A stretch of 64,000 bases of DNA from Candidatus Limnocylindrales bacterium (lineage in GTDB: Bacteria; Chloroflexota; Limnocylindria; Limnocylindrales; CSP1-4): contig JBBRRZ010000001.1 of NCBI GenBank assembly GCA_038245845.1, positions 130,681 through 194,680 on the forward strand, written 5' to 3'. Shown one piece after another: positions 9,801 through 18,903 of this stretch. Every line of letters starts with the position of its first letter. Position 1 is the stretch's first letter. Below the pieces are notes generated by a model that saw only the letters and a list, made by a program, of their open reading frames with translations, was not told where the DNA came from and did no database searches. Made by a program: the position numbers and the translations under genes.

Positions 9801-11485
9801 CAGTGGGCTTCACCTCGGGCGCTGGCGCGAAGGCCGCGCAGGGTCTTCATCACGTTGTTCTCGCCCCGGCCGAAGTAGTCGTGAAGGCGGACGTACTCGC
9901 CGAACAGGGTGTCGTAGACAGCCGTGTTCTCCGGGATGGGCTCGTAGACGAGGTCCTTGAGCCGGGCCATCGCGCGGCTGGCATCCTCGATCGTCGCGAA
10001 GCCGCCCGCCTCGGGGCCGGCGGCCACGGCGCCGAACATCGCCGAGCCCAGCGCCGGCGTCTGGTCCGAGCCCGACAGCCGGAATGGCCGGCCGGTCACG
10101 TCGGCGTAGATCTGCATGATCAGCGGGCTCTTGTCGGCGAGACCGCCCGCGGCGATGACCTCGTTCACCGGGACGCCGTTCGCCTCGAACGCCTCGATGA
10201 TCACCCGCGTCCCATATGCCGTCGCCTCGACGAGCGCGCGGTAGATCTCGGGCGCCGTCGTCGCGAGGGTCGCGCCGATGAGGAGGCCTCCCAACTCGGC
10301 GTCCACGAGGACGCTCCGGTTGCCGTTCCACCAGTCGAGCGCGAGGAGGCCGGACTCGCCGACCTTCAGCCGCGCGGCGTGCTCCTGGAGGAGGACGTGG
10401 ATGTCGATGCCACGCTCGCGTGCCTCGACCTGGTAGCGCTCGGGCACCGCGTGCTCGACGAACCAGGCGAAGTGGTCGCCGACACAGCTCTGGCCGGCCT
10501 CGTAGCCGAAGAAGCCGGGCAGGATCCCATCCTCGACGTAGCCGCAGATTCCGGGCACCAGGTGCTCGTCGGGGGCGAGGACCATGTGGCAGGTGCTGGT
10601 GCCCATGATCGCGACCATGCGGCCGGCCTCGATCACGGTCGATGCGGGTACCGCGACGTGCGCGTCGACGTTCGCGACCGCGACCGCGGTCCCGGCGCGG
10701 AGGCCTGTCCAGCCCGCCGCCTCGTCGGTGAGGCCGCCTGCCCGGTCGCCCATCACGGCGATGTCGCGGGTCATCTTCGCGTCCACGACATCCGCGAGCC
10801 GCGGGTCGAGGGCCTCGAAGTAGCTGCGGTCCGGGAAGCCCTCGCGCTTCGACCAGATCGCCTTGTAGCCGGCCGTCGTCGGGTTGCGCGTCTCGACGCC
10901 AGTGAGCCGCCACACGACCCAGTCCGCGGCCTCGATGAGGCGGTCAGCGGCGGCATAGACCTCCGGCGCCTCGTCGAGGATCTGGAGGGCCTTGCTGAAG
11001 AACCACTCGGAGCTGATCTTGCCGCCGTACCGCGGCAGCCATGCCTCGCCGAGCCGCGCTGCCGTGGCGTTGATCAGGTCTGCCTCGGGCTGGGCGGCGT
11101 GGTGCTTCCACAGCTTCACCCACGCGTGCGGGTTCGCGCGGAAGGCAGGCAGGAGCGCAAGCGGGGTGCCGTCCGCGGTCGTGGGCAGCATCGTGCAGGC
11201 GGTGAAGTCGATGCCCAGCCCGATGACGTCCACGGCGTCCACCCCGCTCTGGCGGAGGACCTCCGGGACGGTGTGCTCGAAGACGCGCAGGTAGTCCTCG
11301 GGGTCCTGGAGCGCCCAATCCGGCGGGAGCACGACATCCCGGTCCGGGAGAGGCAGTCGGTCGTCGATGACGCCGTTGCTGTATGGGTAGACCGCCGTCG
11401 CGAGCTGTCGCCCGTCCGCGATGTCAACGATGATGGCGCGCCCGGACTCGCTTCCGAAGTCGACGCCGATCGCGTACCTGCTCAA
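9800..11485 (-). CDS. araB: Ribulokinase (FGGY carbohydrate kinase)
   Basis: TTG start after GGGAGGAG gives MSRYAIGVDFGSESGR, the FGGY N-terminal motif, and a length of 561 aa. The ORF-track start at 11659 adds an Arg/Ala-rich extension. Confidence 0.85.
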   Translation of the reverse strand: MSRYAIGVDFGSESGRAIIVDIADGRQLATAVYPYSNGVIDDRLPLPDRDVVLPPDWALQDPEDYLRVFEHTVPEVLRQSGVDAVDVIGLGIDFTACTMLPTTADGTPLALLPAFRANPHAWVKLWKHHAAQPEADLINATAARLGEAWLPRYGGKISSEWFFSKALQILDEAPEVYAAADRLIEAADWVVWRLTGVETRNPTTAGYKAIWSKREGFPDRSYFEALDPRLADVVDAKMTRDIAVMGDRAGGLTDEAAGWTGLRAGTAVAVANVDAHVAVPASTVIEAGRMVAIMGTSTCHMVLAPDEHLVPGICGYVEDGILPGFFGYEAGQSCVGDHFAWFVEHAVPERYQVEARERGIDIHVLLQEHAARLKVGESGLLALDWWNGNRSVLVDAELGGLLIGATLATTAPEIYRALVEATAYGTRVIIEAFEANGVPVNEVIAAGGLADKSPLIMQIYADVTGRPFRLSGSDQTPALGSAMFGAVAAGPEAGGFATIEDASRAMARLKDLVYEPIPENTAVYDTLFGEYVRLHDYFGRGENNVMKTLRGLRASARGEAH

Positions 11486-11597
11486 GGCTCCTCCCTGCGC
11501 CGTGGTGGCGTGGCGCGCCGGCCCAGGGTCTCGTCCGGCGGATCTGGCGGGACGAGCCCCCTCGGGGCGACCACAGCGATGACAACGGCTGGCGAGA

Positions 11598-11640
11598 CCG
11601 TTATCGTTCCCGTTACCGTTCACGCTACCATATCGATACG
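11598..11640. promoter_or_regulatory. Second operator-like site in the araB / regulator divergent region
   Basis: CGTTATCGTTCCCGT (identical to 7499-7513) is followed by TTACCGTTCA 12 nt later, then an 8-bp palindrome TATCGATA. The site is 60 nt upstream of the regulator start and 113 nt upstream of the araB start. Confidence 0.45.
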
Positions 11641-11684
11641 CGGCCGAGTACGCCGCCACCAGTGCCGCTGAGGGTCATCGAACC

Positions 11685-12788
11685 GTGCCGCGCCAGCACA
11701 GGGTCACGATCAAGGAGATCGCCCGGATGACGGGGGTCTCCGTGCAGACGGTCTCGCGCGTCATCAACAAGCGCCCTGACGTCTCGCCCGTGACACGTCG
11801 GGCCGTCGAGGCCGCGATCACGGAGCACAACTTCCAGCCCAGCGCGGTCGCCCGGAGCCTGGTCCAGCGACGCTCCTCGATGATCGGCGTCATCGCCGCC
11901 GGCCTCAAGTATTTCGGCGTCGCGCAGACGGTCAACGGCGTCACCGAGGAGGCAGAGGCCTCGGGCTACTCGATCATCCTCAAGGAGCTGGCGAGCTTCG
12001 ACGTCCCGGACATCGTCCCCGTCGTGCAGTTCCTGCTCGGCCACCGGGTGGAGGGGATCATCTTCGCGCCGCCCCAGATGGGCGCGAACATCCGCCACGT
12101 CATGGAGCAGTTGCCGCCCAACGGGCCGCCGGTCGTATTCCTCAAGGCGGAGCCGACCCAGACGTACACGACGATCGGCATCGACAACCAGGCCGCGGCC
12201 CGGCTCGCCGTTGATCATCTCCTCGCGCTCGGCCGCCGCCGGATTGCCCACATCTCGGGCCCCCTCGAGTGGCGCGAGGCCCGCGACCGTCGTGACGGCT
12301 GGCTCGCGGCGCTCAAGGACGATGGGCTGGACCCCGGGCCGATGGCGGTCTCCACCTGGTCATCGGCCGGCGGGGCGAGCGCGTTCGCGCAGCTGCTCGA
12401 CGAGGATCCGACGATCGACGGGCTGTTCGCCGCGAGCGACCAGATCGCGCTCGGCGCGCTCCACGTGGCGAACGCCCGGGGCATCCGGATCCCGGACCAG
12501 GTCGCCGTCGTCGGCTTCGACGGGCTGCCCGAGACCGCGCAGTTCAGCCCGTCGTTGACGACTGTGCGCCAGCCGCTGGCCGAGCTCGGGAAGCTTGCCG
12601 TCCGCGAGCTGGTGGAGGCCCTCGATGCGGAAGCTGGCGCCTACGAGGCGCGCGCCCTGCAGCTCCCGGTTGAGCTGATCCTCGGCGACAGCGCGCCGTT
12701 TCCGGCCGCGAAGCGGGGCACCGCAACCGTGCGCTCGGGCTCCAGTGCCACGCCCGGCCCCGGGGTCGTCTCCGCGCATCGCCCGTAG
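11685..12788 (+). CDS. LacI-family transcriptional regulator, probable arabinose-locus repressor
   Basis: N-terminal HTH VTIKEIARMTGVSVQTVSRVINKRPDVSPVTRRAV followed by a periplasmic-binding-protein-like sugar-sensing domain. It is divergent from araBDA. Confidence 0.85.
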   Translation: MPRQHRVTIKEIARMTGVSVQTVSRVINKRPDVSPVTRRAVEAAITEHNFQPSAVARSLVQRRSSMIGVIAAGLKYFGVAQTVNGVTEEAEASGYSIILKELASFDVPDIVPVVQFLLGHRVEGIIFAPPQMGANIRHVMEQLPPNGPPVVFLKAEPTQTYTTIGIDNQAAARLAVDHLLALGRRRIAHISGPLEWREARDRRDGWLAALKDDGLDPGPMAVSTWSSAGGASAFAQLLDEDPTIDGLFAASDQIALGALHVANARGIRIPDQVAVVGFDGLPETAQFSPSLTTVRQPLAELGKLAVRELVEALDAEAGAYEARALQLPVELILGDSAPFPAAKRGTATVRSGSSATPGPGVVSAHRP

Positions 12789-12833
12789 GGTCCTCGCCGG
12801 CGCGATGGTCGCCCGCCGCGGCGCCTCGCCGAG

Positions 12834-13514
12834 CTAGCCTTCTAGCGCTGCTGCCTCCACGCAGCACGCCACCACGCCGAGTCGCCCGAGCCTCTCGAAG
12901 GTCGCGCTCCGGCGCACCGTCCAGGCGGCAACGTCGAGCCCTGCGTCCCGGGCGACCCGAAGGTCACGCGGCGTGATCCGACCCCACAGGACAGAAACCC
13001 CGCTGCAGCCCAGGCCCACCGCCAGCGACAGCGTCTGCGGTGCCAGGTCCTCCGTGTTGAGCCAGCGCCGCCAGCCCTGGAGCCGCTCCCCGATGGAGAG
13101 CAGCGTCGGCGCGTCGAACGAGGACACGACCGCGCGGACCCCGGACGGACCGCGCGCCGCCAGCAGCACGTCCGCCGTGAGGGCACCGTGGTCGTCACCC
13201 TTGAGCTCCACGTCCACGAACGCGTCGGCGGGCAGCGCCGACAGCGTGGCCGCGAGCGTGGGGATCCCTGCCTGACCGAGCGCCTCGGCCGGGAGCGCAT
13301 CGACACGCTCCGGACGCCGCTGGACCCGGGCCAGCGTCTCATCGTGGAGGATCACCGGTACCCCGTTGCGCGCCAGGCGGACGTCGAGCTCCACCCCGTC
13401 GCAGCCCGGGACGGTCATCGCGGCCGCGAACGCGCCGAGGGTGTTCTCGGGGGCGCGCCGCCAGTCCCCGCGATGGGCCAGCCGGAGCGGGCGCCCGGGA
13501 GTCCCTTCGGGCAT
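12834..13514 (-). CDS. Glycerophosphodiester phosphodiesterase (GDPD family)
   Basis: Start chosen at MPEGTPGRPLRLAHRGD. Motifs HRGD...PENTLGAF and ELDVRL...VPVILHDETL are GDPD hallmarks. The ORF-track start at 13709 overlaps the upstream gene. Confidence 0.8.
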   Translation of the reverse strand: MPEGTPGRPLRLAHRGDWRRAPENTLGAFAAAMTVPGCDGVELDVRLARNGVPVILHDETLARVQRRPERVDALPAEALGQAGIPTLAATLSALPADAFVDVELKGDDHGALTADVLLAARGPSGVRAVVSSFDAPTLLSIGERLQGWRRWLNTEDLAPQTLSLAVGLGCSGVSVLWGRITPRDLRVARDAGLDVAAWTVRRSATFERLGRLGVVACCVEAAALEG

Positions 13515-13533
13515 CACCGTTCGTGCATCACGA

Positions 13534-14283
13534 TCACGCGCCGACGCGAACGTGCGCTGCGAGCCCGAGGTGATCCGATGCGAAGAGCGTCGGATCGCCG
13601 ACCGCCGGCCGGTCTGCGAAGAGCCGCGCGCTCTCGACCGTGATGGCGCCGCGGACCCAGAGGTAGTCGAGGCACGCCGGCGGCCCGTCGAGATCCATCG
13701 CCGGGGCATGGAGCCCGGACGGCCAGGTGACCGGTGGGTCAGCGCCGTTCGCCTCCGCGTACGCGGACCGGAAGCCGGCCGCGCGCATGCGCCGTGCGGC
13801 GGGCTCGTCGGGAGGGGCGTTGAAGTCGCCGCTCACGATCAGGGCGTCGTGGGCGGGCGAGCCCTCCAGCCACGCAACGAGCGCCTCGGCCTGGGCCAAC
13901 CGGATTGCGCCGTCCGCGGGCAGGTGGTGGAGGTGTGCGACGGCGAACACGAGTCGCGTGCCACCCTCGAGCTCCAGCGCGACGCGGTGCGCCGCGCGCG
14001 TGACGCCGAGGTCGAGCCGGTCGAACGCCGTCGCAACGAGCGGCGCCCGCACGAGCATCGAGTTCCCGTACTCGGGCCGGCCCGCGAAGCCGCGGATTGC
14101 CTCGTACCGCGCGGGACCGGCGGCGCCGATGATCCGGTCCTGCTGCATCGGGTAGACGACCTCCTGGAGGCCGATCAGGTCCGGCTGCAGCGCCGCCATC
14201 TCGGCGAGCAGGAGGGGCAGGCGCTCGTCCCAGCGATCGGCGAGGTTGAGAATGTTCAGGGTGGCGATGAGCAGTCGGTCCAT
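13534..14283 (-). CDS. Endonuclease/exonuclease/phosphatase (EEP) family protein
   Basis: MDRLLIATLNILNL...DLIGLQEV N-terminal motifs and a C-terminal SDH motif (FASDHLGL). Confidence 0.75.
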   Translation of the reverse strand: MDRLLIATLNILNLADRWDERLPLLLAEMAALQPDLIGLQEVVYPMQQDRIIGAAGPARYEAIRGFAGRPEYGNSMLVRAPLVATAFDRLDLGVTRAAHRVALELEGGTRLVFAVAHLHHLPADGAIRLAQAEALVAWLEGSPAHDALIVSGDFNAPPDEPAARRMRAAGFRSAYAEANGADPPVTWPSGLHAPAMDLDGPPACLDYLWVRGAITVESARLFADRPAVGDPTLFASDHLGLAAHVRVGA

Positions 14284-14300
14284 CGAAGGGTCCCGGCGGA

Positions 14301-15542
14301 TCAGGCGGCCGGCGCGCCGTGCGCGCGCTGGCCCGGCCCCTGCTCGGGCGTTTCGGGCGTTGCTGGTGTCACGGGCGGCGCGAACGGGATCGCGAACGAG
14401 AAGCGCGAGCCATGCCGCTCGTCCGAATCGACCCAGATCCGGCCCCCGTGACCCTGGACGACGTGGCGCGCAATCGAGAGGCCAAGCCCGGTTCCGCCGC
14501 CGCGCACGCGCGCGCGATCGACCTTGTAGAACCGCTCGAACACCCGCGTCCGGTCGGCGCGCGCGATCCCGATCCCGTGGTCCTCCACGGTCGTGACAGC
14601 CTCGTCGTCGGCCCGCGCGACGGAGATGCGGACCTCGCCGCCATCCGGGCTGAACTTCACGGCGTTGTGGACGAGGTTGACGAACACCTGGCCGAGCCGG
14701 GCCTCGTCGCCACGGATGGTCTGCACGTCCGGCCCGACGTCGACGAGGAGCGTCACGCCCTGGCGTTCTGCGAACAGGCGGAGCCGCTCGGCCGATGCCT
14801 CGGCGAGCCTGCCGAGGTCCACGTCGTCCTCGAGGCGGAGCTGGCTGCCGCCCTCGATCCGCGCGAGGTCCAGGAGCTCGCTGACCATCTGGACGAGGTG
14901 GCCGGTCTCGACCTCCACCTTGGCGATCCGCTCGCGCATGCGGGGCGGCACGTCCGCACGCTCCGCGTCGCGCGCGAGCGTCTCCGCGAGAAGGCTGACC
15001 GTGGACAGCGGCGTCCTGAGCTCGTGGCTCAGGTTGTCGATGAACTCGGTGCGGATGTGTTGCAGCCGCCGTAGCTCGGTCACGTCCTCCAGCACGGCCA
15101 CCAGCGGGCCCCCGGCGAGGCGGCTCGCGCGGATCACGATGATCCGTGGCTCGCCGTCCCCGGTGCGGATCTCCGAGGTGGCGGTGCCGCCCGGCGCGAC
15201 GGCGCCCAGCACGGACTCGATCCGGGTGTCGAGGAAGGTCTCCATCACCGACCGACCAGCGAGCCGCACGGGAGCGACACCCAGGAGGGCGCCGGCGCGG
15301 GCGTTCGCTCCGACCACGCGGCCGCGGGCGTCGAAGCGGAGGACGCCGACCGGCAGCAGCTCGTCGATCGCGTCCGCGTCTGCGGTGGCCTCGAGGCTTG
15401 CGCGACGGGCCGTCTCGCCCGCGGACGCGGCGCCCGCCGCGATCAGCCGGTCCATCTCGTTCGCTCGGCGGTGCATCGTGACGAGCGCGGCAACGAGGGC
15501 CGCTCCGAGGCCGAGGATCGTGATCGCGGCGACGCTATCCAC
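14301..15542 (-). CDS. Sensor histidine kinase, SenX3/PhoR-like (TM + PAS + HisKA + HATPase)
   Basis: N-terminal TM helix, H-box SHELRTPLS, N-box LVHNAVKFSP, G1 DHGIGI and G2 GGTGLGLSIA. Confidence 0.85.
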   Translation of the reverse strand: MDSVAAITILGLGAALVAALVTMHRRANEMDRLIAAGAASAGETARRASLEATADADAIDELLPVGVLRFDARGRVVGANARAGALLGVAPVRLAGRSVMETFLDTRIESVLGAVAPGGTATSEIRTGDGEPRIIVIRASRLAGGPLVAVLEDVTELRRLQHIRTEFIDNLSHELRTPLSTVSLLAETLARDAERADVPPRMRERIAKVEVETGHLVQMVSELLDLARIEGGSQLRLEDDVDLGRLAEASAERLRLFAERQGVTLLVDVGPDVQTIRGDEARLGQVFVNLVHNAVKFSPDGGEVRISVARADDEAVTTVEDHGIGIARADRTRVFERFYKVDRARVRGGGTGLGLSIARHVVQGHGGRIWVDSDERHGSRFSFAIPFAPPVTPATPETPEQGPGQRAHGAPAA

Positions 15543-15611
15543 GATGCGAGGATCGCATACCGGCGACCGGGCCTGCCGCGACCGGGGACACGTCGACCGG
15601 GCCGACGACCG

Positions 15612-16742
15612 TCACCGCGCGCGCCGGACGTCGGGGCCGTCGTGCGCGGCCGCGCCGCCCACCCCCGCAGATCGGTCATGCGTCGCGGCAGCAAACGGGG
15701 CGGTGAGGCCCGCATACACCGCCGGGGGGAAGGCGTGGCGCAGCGCCGTCACGTGCGCAAGGCGGGCGGCGAGCCGTCGCACCCGCGTCGCCACGGCGGG
15801 CGCCAGCCCGTCGCCCACGACCGCGGCCGCAGCGTTGCGCGCCGCAAGCACGGCCGAGATCCGGAGCGCCTCGTCCTCGTCCCGGTCGAGCGACTCGGGC
15901 CACGGCCGATCCGCCCCGTCGATCCCCTGCGAGCCGCGCAGGAACGCCGCCAGCTCCTCGCGGCTGAGCGTCCCGATCCGGGCGACAAGGGCCACGACGT
16001 CAGCGCCGTTCGGCCCATAGCGCGGCTGGTCGAGGCTCGCGTCCCAGGCGCGCAACAGGCGCTCGCGGGCGCGTCCGCGGAACGGCTCCGCCAGGAGGTC
16101 GTCGAGGAACGGTGCCAGCACCAGCTCGGCCGCAACCCCCAGCAGCCCCTCGCGCAGGCCGACCTCCGCCCAGTGCTCCGGCGGGACGCGACGGACGAGC
16201 GCCGCCTCGACATCCGCGAAGGCGTCCATCGCCTCCTGGGGGAGGAACCGGCGGATGGTGGCGAGGAACGCGATCGGCGGGGGCTCCGCAGCGGCGAGGC
16301 GGTCCAGCTCGTCCGGGTTCAGGCGTTCGACCCGGGCCAGGAACCGCGCGAGGCGCTGCGCGGGATCGCCGCGGACGAGGTCCGGTCGCGTGGACGGCCG
16401 CGCTCCTGCGCCCCGGGTGGCGCGTGACCCGGGCTGGCGGGCCCAGGGCTGGCGCGAGACGTGCGCGCCGGGCTGGGCGCGCCGGGCACGACCGGGTGCA
16501 TGCGGCGCGAGACCAAGGCGATCGGCGTCATAGCGGGCCCGGAGCACGGGGTCACTCAGCCAGTCGTGGGCAACATTGATCCGCTTCGCCCGTTCGAGCG
16601 CCGCGTCGCCGTCGCCCGCGACGTCCGGGTGGTGACGCTTGAGGAGGGCCCGCCAGGCGACCTCGATCGCCTCCGGGGAGGCCTCCGGGCCCACCTCGAG
16701 ACGTGCGTACAGGTCGTCGTCGGGGATGATGCCGCCGGGCAT
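15612..16742 (-). CDS. J-domain protein with an uncharacterised roughly 280-aa C-terminal region
   Basis: N-terminal DLYARLEVGPEASPEAIEVAWRALLKRHHPDV carries the HPD motif. I cannot place the rest in a family. Confidence 0.7.
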   Translation of the reverse strand: MPGGIIPDDDLYARLEVGPEASPEAIEVAWRALLKRHHPDVAGDGDAALERAKRINVAHDWLSDPVLRARYDADRLGLAPHAPGRARRAQPGAHVSRQPWARQPGSRATRGAGARPSTRPDLVRGDPAQRLARFLARVERLNPDELDRLAAAEPPPIAFLATIRRFLPQEAMDAFADVEAALVRRVPPEHWAEVGLREGLLGVAAELVLAPFLDDLLAEPFRGRARERLLRAWDASLDQPRYGPNGADVVALVARIGTLSREELAAFLRGSQGIDGADRPWPESLDRDEDEALRISAVLAARNAAAAVVGDGLAPAVATRVRRLAARLAHVTALRHAFPPAVYAGLTAPFAAATHDRSAGVGGAAAHDGPDVRRAR

Positions 16743-16760
16743 GTCGCGTCCCGGCCAGAC

Positions 16761-18473
16761 CTAGGCGACGAGCGGCGCCCGCCCCTCGAGGAAGGCGGTG
16801 ACGTCGTCGAGCGAGCGGACGCCGCGCTCACCGGTGGCGCGGTTCGTAACCTCGGCGCCGCCCGCGGCGAGCGATCGCGGGCTGACCGTGATGATCCACG
16901 GCATGCCGAGCAGCTCGGCGTCCGTGAACTTCACGCCCGGCGACTCGTCCCGGTCGTCGAACAGGATCTCCCGGCCCGCGGCCTGGGCGGCGGCGTACAG
17001 CCGCTCGGCAGTCTCCAGGACCAGCGGCTCCTTGTTCGCGCCGATCGCGACGAGGTGCGCCGGGTAGGGCGCGACCTCTTCCGGCCAGGCGATCCCCTTC
17101 TCGTCGTGGTGCGCCTCGACGATGCACGCGACGTTGCGCCCGAGGCCGATGCCGTACGAGCCCATGACGATCGGGTGGCGGGCACCGTCCTCGCCCAGGT
17201 ACTCGGCACCCAGCGCCTTCGTGTACTTCGTGCCCAGCTTGAAGATGTTCCCGACCTCGATCCCGTTGCGCAGGATCACGGGGCCACCGCAGCTCGGGCA
17301 GGCGTCGCCCTCGCGGACGTTCGCAATGTCGGTGACGACGTCCGGCGTGTAGTCGCGCGGGACGTTCACGTTGCGCAGGTGCCAGCCGGGACGGTTGGCG
17401 CCGGCGACGAGGTTGGGGCTGGCGGCGGCAAGCGCATCCACGACCACGATCGCGTCCCGCGCCCCGATCGGCGACCCATAGCCGGGCTCCATGCCCCGCG
17501 CCCGGATCTCCTCGAGGGTTGCGGGCCGCAGCCCGCCGACGGCCTTCACGGCGTTGACGAGCTTGGTCTCGTTGACGTCGTAGTCGCCGCGCACGATGCC
17601 GACCACGAAGACGCCCTCGCCGGTGACGAAGAACGTCGCCTTGGCGGTGCGGCTCGAGGGGATGTCGAGGATCGCGGCCAGCGTGTCGATCGTGGTCGTG
17701 TCGGGCGTCGCGACGTCCTCGACGGCGAGCAGCTCCTCGGCGGCAGGCGTCTCGGCCACGGTCGGCGCGATCTGGCGGTTGGACGCGTAGTCGCACGTCT
17801 GGCAGATCACGAGCACATCCTCGCCGGCCGGGTTGAGGACCATGAACTCGTGGGCGAGCGAGCCGCCCATCATGCCGACGTCGGAGCTGACCGCCACGGC
17901 CTCGAGACCCAGCCGCTCGAAGATCCGGGTGTATGCCGCGTGGTGCGCCCAGTACGCGCTGTCGAGGCCGGCCTCGTCCCGGTCGCAGCTGTACGAGTCC
18001 TTCATCACGAACTCGCGGACGCGGATGAGGCCGCCCCGCGACCGGGGCTCGTCGCGCCACTTCGTCTGGAAGTGGTAGACGATGAACGGCAGCTGGCGGT
18101 AGCTCTTCACGACGTCCCGCAGGAGGTCCGCGACGACCTCCTCATGCGTCATCGCGAGGACCATGTCGCGCTCGCCACGGTCCTTGAAGCGGGCCATCTC
18201 GGGGCCGATCTGGTCGTACCGGCCGGACTCGCGCCAGAGGTCGGCGGGATGCACGACCGGCATCTCCATCTCCTGGCCGCCGATGGCGTTCAGCTCCTCG
18301 CGGATGACCTGCTCGACACGCTTGCTGACGCGGAACCCCAGGGGCAGCAGCGAGTAGATCCCGGCTCCCAGCTGGCGGATGTAGCCCGCCCGCAGCAGGA
18401 GGCGGTGGGACGGCATCTCCGCCTCGGTGGGGTCGTCACGGAGCGTGGTGAAGAACAGGTGGCTCAGGCGCAT
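16761..18473 (-). CDS. proS: Prolyl-tRNA synthetase (bacterial type with editing insertion)
   Basis: 570 aa beginning MRLSHLFFTTLRDDPTEAEMPSHRLLLRAGYIRQLGAGIYSLLPLG, the canonical ProS N-terminus. Confidence 0.92.
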   Translation of the reverse strand: MRLSHLFFTTLRDDPTEAEMPSHRLLLRAGYIRQLGAGIYSLLPLGFRVSKRVEQVIREELNAIGGQEMEMPVVHPADLWRESGRYDQIGPEMARFKDRGERDMVLAMTHEEVVADLLRDVVKSYRQLPFIVYHFQTKWRDEPRSRGGLIRVREFVMKDSYSCDRDEAGLDSAYWAHHAAYTRIFERLGLEAVAVSSDVGMMGGSLAHEFMVLNPAGEDVLVICQTCDYASNRQIAPTVAETPAAEELLAVEDVATPDTTTIDTLAAILDIPSSRTAKATFFVTGEGVFVVGIVRGDYDVNETKLVNAVKAVGGLRPATLEEIRARGMEPGYGSPIGARDAIVVVDALAAASPNLVAGANRPGWHLRNVNVPRDYTPDVVTDIANVREGDACPSCGGPVILRNGIEVGNIFKLGTKYTKALGAEYLGEDGARHPIVMGSYGIGLGRNVACIVEAHHDEKGIAWPEEVAPYPAHLVAIGANKEPLVLETAERLYAAAQAAGREILFDDRDESPGVKFTDAELLGMPWIITVSPRSLAAGGAEVTNRATGERGVRSLDDVTAFLEGRAPLVA

Positions 18474-18903
18474 GGCCCGAAGGATACCGGCGCCGGGTCA
18501 TCGGGGACGGGCGGACCACGACGAGCCGGTGCCAGTGGCGGCGGGCGAGCCTCAGCGACCCGGCCGATACGCCGGGGAACAGTGATGCCATGCCGGCAGC
18601 GAGAGGCCGGACTGGAGCTCGATCTGCGACCCGCCTAGGCGACACGGACGGGGCTCGAGACGACTGCGGGCAGGCCGCCGATGCGGCGACCAGGAGCGGC
18701 AGCCCATGGTCGTCCGCGAGCGAGGTGGGTCTCTCGGTCTCGCGAACGCCGGCGGGCATGGACGCATGGTCGGCCGGCCGCATCAACACGGGCACATCGG
18801 CACGTCAATAATGGTCCCCGTCACGGCTATGCTCGCCTCCGGCGCAGCCCTCGGGGGTCGCGACCCCCGTTCGAGGAGCCCTCCCATCGAGAACTTCACG
18901 CTG

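Noticed and set aside
18474-18903. tRNA, RNase P RNA, SRP RNA or a T-box leader for proS
   Set aside because: I found no GGTTCGA-type T-arm with matching acceptor stem, no GAGGAAAGTCCGG RNase P core and no T-box GGGTGGTACCGCG motif on either strand. This was checked by eye only, so a covariance-model scan is still advisable.
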